From Selaginella moellendorffii (taxonomy: Eukaryota; Plantae; Lycopodiophyta): a stretch of DNA of 64,000 nucleotides. Positions within the stretch are counted from its first letter, which is position 1, and each line of letters begins with the position of its first letter. The position numbers and the translations under genes are program-made. Below, one piece after another: positions 56,366-64,000 of this stretch. The stretch is from positions 664,693-728,692 of the forward strand of contig NW_003314284.1 of NCBI RefSeq assembly GCF_000143415.4, in the 5' to 3' direction. Under the pieces are notes generated by a model that saw nothing but the letters and a program-made list of their open reading frames with translations, had not been told where the DNA came from and searched no databases.

Positions 56366-59300
56366 GAGCCTGAGAGGGTGAAAGCCCAAAGCGTTCGTCT
56401 CCCAGACCCTGGGGGGTTTAGTGAGCTCCAAAAGTATAGTAGGGGGAGGACTGCAGTGGAGCCAGTTTGGCCAGGAAAGGCCAGTTTGGCCCAGGAAGGC
56501 CGGACCCAGTGTTGGGTGATGAGCTGCCCACTGGGAAGTCCAAGACTAGAGTGAACACGGACCGACAAGTGGGGTAGCTTGGTGAAGTGTTCAAGAGCCG
56601 GCTCTAGTTCCCCCGGGAGATCGACTGGCCGATGCTCCCAGTCCAAGTGTGGGTGGCACTACCTACTTGGACACCTGTCGTGGCTCAACGGAACCTCGCT
56701 CTAAGCCCATGGCTAGAGCACCTAAAGGCGAAAGGCGAGGAGAGTACCCAGGTGGCTCGCGTAAGGCCACGGTGTTCCGAAATGTTGTCCCGAAGGCCCA
56801 GACTGTGGAAAGGAAGAGGAACAGTCCTCTAGGGTAGTGATCAAGGACACAGTCGTGTGGTGAGGAAGTCCCAGAGGACCGTGGGACTTAGTGGTCGGGC
56901 CTGTGGGTCTCGATCCAGTGGCAGTGTTGGCAAACACGGCCAGGGGCAGAAAGGGACTTAGTGGGAATTGACAAAGGGATATTGGGGAATGTTATTCCCC
57001 TTGTCGGTGGGCATCCTAAGGATGCTAAGGAGTGGATCTGAGATGACCACTCACGGATGGTTTGCCTAGTCTTGGAGAGCCAAGACGGTGATGCAAGTGG
57101 TATTGGACTACCAGTGTGGCAAAGGTGATTGGGTATGGCCTTAGCGTAACGGGCTGCTATGTCGGTGGTACCTTTGAGTGTCGGTCATGGGATTGGACAC
57201 GTGGAGCACTTGGACCAAGTGCAAATGTTAAGTGGCATGGATGCCATTCTCGGGGCTAGCAAGTCCCAAGTCCTGGATTGGACTTATGGAGGTGGTGAAT
57301 GAGACTCCTCCAAGTGGTCAAAGGTGTGGTTAAGTGACTAAAGTAGAATGGAAAATTTAGTCTCTTACAATTTGGTATCGGAGCTGTTCCTTAGTCCGAC
57401 TTTTATTGGTGCTCAAGTATATCACCACTAGTGTTGGCATCGGAAGGTCCGAAGAGTGGGCCTATCCTTGAGGAGTAGCAAGTCGGGAAGACATGGCTCC
57501 CCATTATAGTTCATGTGTGAACTTGTAGACGAGGTGGTGGATAGAAAAGGGCCAATAATGGAACGACTTTGGGATCTTGGGAACAGTGCAAGGTTTTCCT
57601 CATTGAGTTGAGGATGTTTTCCAGATGAGCATTTGTCTCAGCAAATTGGCTAAGGTTGTTGTGGTAAACAACTAAAGTTGGGATCACGGGAAAGATAGAG
57701 ACTCCAAAACAATAAAGGAGTCACAAGATTATCCTCATATAGTTGAGGTTGGTGCTCATGAATGTGAGACCAGAGGTAATGACCGTGGGAGGTCAAATAC
57801 GGAAGAGGACTCAAGTCCTTGAAATGGTAGCCGGGGCTACCTTTAATAAATGCTGGAACAACCCAAGGAGTTGGGGGGTGTACTTAGAGATGAGTGGTAT
57901 TCTCATCGCATGGACAAGTAGTCCTAAGGGGCAAAAGTTGCCCCCAGAGAACAAAATCAAGTGTCGGAGTAACACTTGTGAAAATAGTCCTTTTGAGTAG
58001 GACAGGAATGCAAGAAGTGTATTCCAGTGAGCTAGTGCCTCACAAGTAGGACCTTACGGGTCTGTGGATTAACCAAGTCCAAAACTGCTGGATGACTCAA
58101 GTAGAGTCAACGGATGGTCCTAAAAGGACTGATGGAAGCATTTGGACTGTGGTGTGTTGTACCCCACAAAGGATGGGGGGGGGGATCATAGGATCCAAGG
58201 ATGAGAACAGAGGGTATCTCATCGATGGCAAAATGTGCCATGCTAAAGTTATGGGAAAGGTGTTCCCAGAAGAAAACAACTTTGACATAAAGTTGTGTGT
58301 GACCTCTATGGTGCAGTGCTAACGGATGGTTGGCATAAGAAAGAGCGGTGTTGGTCTTGGCAAAGACTTAGACACGAAGGGGAAATGTCATAGAGGTAGG
58401 CTCGTGGAGCCGATGGTGTGGAGACACCAAATGTGCCAAGGTGTGATACCTTGAGGCTATGTTGGTGGGTTCATGAGAACCCCTTGCCAAAGGAATCCCA
58501 ATGGAAATGGGAATAGCATAGCCTAAGCTGCAGAGCATGCAGTTGGAGTGTGGTGACCCAGATAATGATGGAGGTGTGAAAGCACCAAGCAATGAGTTGT
58601 AAGACTTGACAACTATGAGGCAACTAAGCAAGAGGTGCAAAATAACTGGTTAAACGGGTAGAAGGTAGCTACCCAAGACTTCTTAATAGCATAGGGAAGT
58701 TGGATATACCCTTACGGGGGATAAGTTGCTTGTGTTGCAATATAGTAAGTCAATGTCATAAAAGGAAATACTCATTGTCAAGAAAGCCATCATTGGGACA
58801 CCCGAACACTCTAGAACACCAGAGGGTGGTGTTTGATGTCGCGAGGGCAATGGATAAAGCCCAAGGGACTAAGTCCCTAGCGAATGATGGATAGAAGGTG
58901 CTATCCAAATGTCCAAGGTTGCGGAGACAGGAGAGGACTGTCTACCCGAGTTGGACAAAGCCAAAAATGGAATTTTGGCAAGGCTAGTGATGGGCATGTA
59001 AAGGCCCATAAGCAACAATGTAATCCCAGTGTGTGGGATTATAAGGTGAGCATACCCGGATTGAGGAACCACTCCCTAGGCTATTGGGTAGGTTCATCCC
59101 TAAGAATACTTGCTAAGGCATGATAGAAAGTGCAAAGCTATCCTCCTGGTCTGGAGGAGAATGACCAAAGGAAAGGTGTGAAGCCAAAAAGCAAGAAGTA
59201 AAGGGATAGAACCGAACCGTAGGAATCAAAGGGCATAACCAAGGTTGGTTATGCCAGCTGGGAGTGGAGAATCAAGTGGGGGCTCGAGGGTGTTGCCGCT

Positions 59301-61278
59301 AGCAACCGTGATGCCATGGAGAGTCTAAAATATGGAATTGTCCATGTTAGACTATGTGGCATTTGGAAGGCTTGCAAAAAGGGAGGCCTTAGCAAGCTGA
59401 GGGACAGAGTTCCTTCAAGGTTCCCAAAGACGATTCTAGGTAGCTTAGTACCTAGAAAGGCCAAGTGTAAATGGTTCATGGAACGCGCGAAATCAGAGTG
59501 GCGCAGCAGAAGCGTGGTCTTGAAGCTTGCCATGAGGCAAGGCTATCAAGGTTAGGGAAGTAGTTCCCAAAGGTTCAAAGAGATTGCTTTGAACGAAAGT
59601 CGATGGTCAAGGACTTTCACGCTTATGCAGGAACCATGTTACAGTGGTCGGAGGACTTGCCAAGCGAGATTGGCACGTCGGGGGAACAAATACCCTAGTT
59701 GAAGGTGATAACTTCAAAAAGGGTGGGCCATGGGGCCGAGCATGGAGGAGTCCATGCATGATCACAGACATGTCAAGTGAGAGGACTTGGCAGTGTGGAG
59801 GAACTAGGTTCCTAAACTGTGATCTGTAGCGCGCTTTAAAAATAAGTTGGTGCACCGGCGTGGGGAGTCACGCCAGGCATCTTGTGTGATGCCGTCCGTA
59901 GATGCATATACGGAGGTTGGGTTCGAGTCCCGACCCTCTAGTGCTTGGGTTCGAGTCCCAAATCACTAGGGCGTGGTGATGGTTTGGAATATGAGGACAC
60001 TCATATTTCGGTGGTCATGGACTCTCAGTGGGGAGACTGGTTTGGGCACACCGCCAAGCGAGGGATGCCTCGGAGTCGTGATGCACGGTTAGATTGCTTA
60101 GTGTGAAAGCTTAGCATATCTAACTTGAACGCTTTGGTGCAAGTGGCACCAAGGTCGTGGTGAGTGAGATGGGGACACCTAATCTCAGTTGCTATGAACC
60201 CTTGGCCGTAAGGGCTGGCTTGGGTGCACCGCCAAGTGTGGGGGATGCCCCCGGGGTTATAGTCAACAACTTGGAGGTCTAGAAGACCAAGTACCTCTTG
60301 GCAACTCTGTTAAGGTGCCAAGGTGAGATCACTAGGTGATCTTATGGCCAGATAAGGACAAGGTCCTTGGTTGGCTAAGGAATGAAGTTTCTGGTTCAAA
60401 ATGTTGAAATTGAACTGTTTAAGGTGGTGTGGCTTGGTCGTGATGACCAAGTGGGAAGAGCACCTAAGGGAAATAAACTATGTCCGTGCGATGGCATAGT
60501 GAGTCCGAGGAAAGTAGTCTCTATAAAAGACCCATGGGAGGGTCACGAAGTTGGGCCATGGATAGAGCCCATAGCAGAAGATGCTAAAGAGACGTACTAG
60601 GGGTCAACATCCTCCGGACTTGGCAAAGAAGAGTCTTTGTTATGGAACCGAAACAATACCTCAAGAAGGGAGGTAGAGATTCGATGTTGCTTGGTGCAAC
60701 AATCAACGGATAGGAGCAAAAGATGAGTGGCCAAGATAGGGCCGTGGAATCCCTTGGAAGGAATCCAAGTGAAAAAGTTAGGCGAGGAACACTGATGTGT
60801 TGGACGCTAACAAGTTGCGGGAAAGGAAGTGTGTTTCCAAGGAGGGATTCCAAAATGCTCCGATTTGGCGAAAGTGGAAGCTCCAAGGGAGGGAGCGGTA
60901 AGGTAGCCAAATGATAGGGCCATGAACAGCCCTAGCACAAAGTATGATAACTGGAACTTTGGCACGAAATAGAAGAGAGGATGATGGTGCCCTCGAGTAG
61001 AGAACTTCCTAGGATGGGAAGTGGAGTTGCACAAAAAGGTGCAAGGCAAGGTGTCGGAGACACCTAGGAAATTGACTCCAAGAAGTCAAAATTCAAAGTT
61101 CCAAAGTGCAAAGGTTATATCGATGGAAATCAAGACTACTCGAGAAGGAGTAGTGGGATTGACTTAAAGAAGGGTCTCTAAGAGGTTTAGCGAGGACTAA
61201 ACCAATAAAAGGAGAGAACCACTACATGTGGTCCAATCAATCTCTAAGTTGGAAAGACTACCCTCCTTAGAGGATAGG

Positions 61279-61405
61279 CAAGGCATGGTGAGCCTTTGGT
61301 GTCAAACCATGGAGGCCTATGCAAAAGGCATGGTGAGCCTTCAATGTCAAACCATTGACGAATATGGAGAAGGCATGGTGAGCCTTCAATGTCAAACCAT
61401 TGACA
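61279..61405 (+). repeat. Three tandem ~45-bp repeats upstream of the PPT
   Basis: AAGGCATGGTGAGCCTT..TGTCAAACCAT three times. Confidence 0.85.
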
Positions 61406-63482
61406 AATATTGGCTAGGTGCCAAGGATGGAAATGGTAACACACGCGAGTGTTACTTTACAAAATGGTTTACCGTTCGATGAGGACATCGAACTTCGTCT
61501 AGGGGTGGTGGAGTTGTGAGACACAAAATCCCTAGGCCCCAAAGTGGAGCTGGAAGGGCGCCACATGGTAGTGGCCGAAGCGAGAGCCAAACGAACGTAA
61601 CACGTTTGGACCAAAAGCTCCGACTTGAAAAGTCAAGAGCGGGAGTGGAACTCCCAACGAAGTGCTCGAGGAACGAGCACGAAGCGAGCAAAAGGCGAGG
61701 CTCCAAAAAGGGACCCAAAAGGGCCAACACATGACACGTGGGAGTCCGAGATGGACCCGAGTTGGAGTCCGAAGTGGAGTCCGAGATGGACCTGAGTTGG
61801 AGTCCGAAGTGGAGTCCGAGATGGACCCGAGTTGGAGTCCGAAGTGGAGTCCGAGATGGACCCGAGATGGAGTCCGAGAAGGAGTCCGAAGTGGAGTCCG
61901 TGGTGGACCCGAGATGGACCCGAAATGGAGTCCGAGATGGAGTCCGAGGTGGACCCGAGATGGACCCGAAATGGAGTCCGAGATGGAGTCCGAGATGGAC
62001 CCGAGATGGAGTCCGAGATGGAGTCCGAGATGGAGTCCGAGATGGACCCGAGATGGAGTCCGAGATGGAGTCCGAGATGGACCTGAGATGGACCCGAGAT
62101 GGAGTCCGAGATGGAGTCCGAGATGGAGTCCGAGATGGAGTCCGAAGTCGAGACCGAGACCGGGACCGAGACCGAGACCGAGATCGGGACCGAGACCGAG
62201 ACCGAGGCCGAGGCCGAGGCCGAGCCCGAGCCCGAGTCCGAGTCCGAGTCCGAGTCCGAGTCCGAGTCCGAGTCCGGAGCCTGAGAGGGTGAAAGCCCAA
62301 AGCGTTCGTCTCCCAGACCCTGGGGGGTTTGGTGAGCTCCAAAAGTATAGTAGGGGGAGGACTGCAGTGGAGCCAGTTTGGCCAGGAAAGGCCAGTTTGG
62401 CCCAGGAAGGCCGGACCCAGTGTTGGGTGATGAGCTGCCCACTGGGAAGTCCAAGACTAGAGTGAACACGGACCGACAAGTGGGGTAGCTTGGTGAAGTG
62501 TTCAAGAGCCGGCTCTAGTTCCCCCGGGAGATCGACTGGCCGATGCTCCCAGTCCAAGTGTGGGTGGCACTACCTACTTGGACACCTGTCGTGGCTCAAC
62601 GGAACCTCGCTCTAAGCCCATGGCTAGAGCACCTAAAGGCGAAAGGCGAGGAGAGTACCCAGGTGGCTCGCGTAAGGCCACGGTGTTCCGAAATGTTGTC
62701 CCGAAGGCCCAGACTGTGGAAAGGAAGAGGAACAGTCCTCTAGGGTAGTGACCAAGGACACAGTCGTGTGGTGAGGAAGTCCCAGAGGACCGTGGGACTT
62801 AGTGGTCGGGCCTGTGGGTCTCGATCCAGTGGCAGTGTTGGCAAACACGGCCAGGGGCAGAAAGGGACTTAGTGGGAATTGACAAAGGGATATTGGGGAA
62901 TGTTATTCCCCTTGTCGGTGGGCATCCTAAGGATGCTAAGGAGTGGATCTGAGATGACCACTCACGGATGGTTTGCCTAGTCTTGGAGAGCCAAGACGGT
63001 GATGCAAGTGGTATTGGACTACCAGTGTGGCAAAGGTGATTGGGTATGGCCTTAGCGTAACGGGCTGCTATGTCGGTGGTACCTTTGAGTGTCGGTCATG
63101 GGATTGGACACGTGGAGCACTTGGACCAAGTGCAAATGTTAAGTGGCATGGATGCCATTCTCGGGGCTAGCAAGTCCCAAGTCCTGGATTGGACTTATGG
63201 AGGTGGTGAATGAGACTCCTCCAAGTGGTCAGAGGTGTGGTTAAGTGACTAAAGTAGAATGGAAAATTTAGTCTCTTACACACATGCCATTCAATAGCAA
63301 CATTGGCATGCACCAATTGGGCTCTCGAGTGCAGTCCGGTTACAGATGGCGTGTAGCCTCACGCCATCTTAGGATGCAGCCTCAAGACATCTGATGCAGT
63401 GGTGAATGGCGTGTGGCCTCACGTTATTTCCAGCTGCTAACTTTTCATCTGTCAGCTCTAATTGTTGTGCATTTCTGAACAG

Positions 63483-63965
63483 GCAAGGAATTGCGTTCTT
63501 CTTCCAGCCACTGTCAATGTGGATGCAGAGAAGGGGGAGGAGCTCACCAGTTGGACTTTCGGGATGGAAGGCGAGGATTTGAGGCTGTACAACACAGATG
63601 GTGGGAGAAAAGAATGCATGGGGATCCTCATCCAAGTGACAGACACTCCATGCAGTTCCATGCAAGAATATGGACTGGCACTTGTGGTAGAGACAGCATC
63701 CGCCTTCAAGATCCACCTTGCACATCCTAGCGGCTTCCCGGAGGGGGGCAACGGCTATGAGGAATTCCTAGAGGGAGTTAGGGAGAGGTTGTCCAGGAGG
63801 CCCACAATTTCAAAGACGCTGTGGGTCTATGAAGATCACATGGAATCCACGGACCTCACCTACGGCGATGTTCAAAAACTATATTCCAACATTGAGCCGT
63901 TGAGAGTGACTCCAGTTCGCGAAGCGAAGGGGAAGGGGGTCGATCTGGAAACTACCCCGAAGTAG
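63483..63965 (+). CDS. Probable exon of an unknown gene running antisense to the transposase
   Basis: 160-codon normal-complexity open frame after the acceptor-like TTTCTGAACAG. Family not recognised. Confidence 0.4.
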   Translation, partial: ARNCVLLPATVNVDAEKGEELTSWTFGMEGEDLRLYNTDGGRKECMGILIQVTDTPCSSMQEYGLALVVETASAFKIHLAHPSGFPEGGNGYEEFLEGVRERLSRRPTISKTLWVYEDHMESTDLTYGDVQKLYSNIEPLRVTPVREAKGKGVDLETTPK

Positions 63966-64000
63966 AAAAGGGTGGTCAAGCTCAAGCCGACGTCCGACTC

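Larger units (their letters stand above)
55616..63280 (+). mobile_element. Intact young non-autonomous LTR retrotransposon (LARD-type, family LTR-A)
   Basis: LTRs 55616-57369 and 61515-63280 (TG..CA, only a few SNPs plus array length differences), PBS TGGTATCGGAGC 57373-57384, PPT AGGGGTGGTGGAG 61501-61513, perfect TSD CACAT. The 4.1-kb interior has no gag/pol ORF. Confidence 0.93.
51338..63487 (-). mobile_element. DNA transposon copy C (internally deleted), interrupted by the LARD at 55616-63280; probably continues past 63487
   Basis: Reverse complement of A 5627 to 407, with the same 2.6-kb deletion. Confidence 0.85.

Noticed and set aside
55583-56646. Long ORFs of 180-341 aa in several frames over the LTR-A arrays (also 29106-30134, 49225-50018, 61452-62557)
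   Set aside because: They arise from stop-free 6/11/12-bp repeats, are open in several frames on both strands, and the frame is not conserved between copies.
59913-59968. tRNA gene
   Set aside because: Only T-arm-like hairpins; no D arm, anticodon arm or acceptor stem found.

Overview
Plant nuclear DNA. It is most likely a lycophyte such as Selaginella, inferred from the 46-73 nt introns, the style of PLS-PPR genes and the tight gene packing. A compact gene island at about 14.1-23.6 kb holds PPR/LRR pseudogene debris, a SEP4-like LHC-family gene, a PLS-E PPR gene head-to-head with CRN1/CLF1, and a PR-17/BSP pseudogene. The rest of the window is nested mobile DNA. (1) Three copies of a large DNA transposon: A ~407-5627 (+), B 6671-14133 (+), C 51338-63487+ (-). 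It encodes a ~940-aa Sola-like DDD transposase with an apparent CACTA-TnpA-like N-terminal domain and a BAH/Tudor-like C-terminus, and it is studded along its whole length with a ~22-bp palindrome (ATGGCRTG-WGGCCW-CAYGCCAT). Copy A looks like a 5.6-kb templated, mosaic insertion into B. (2) A young non-coding LARD-type LTR element (55616-63280, TSD CACAT) with many solo or partial relatives. (3) A second LTR family. (4) A decayed Ty3/gypsy element. (5) A TRIM family. (6) A Cassandra-like TRIM with 5S-rRNA-derived LTRs. All protein-family calls come from motif recognition by eye, not from database searches.
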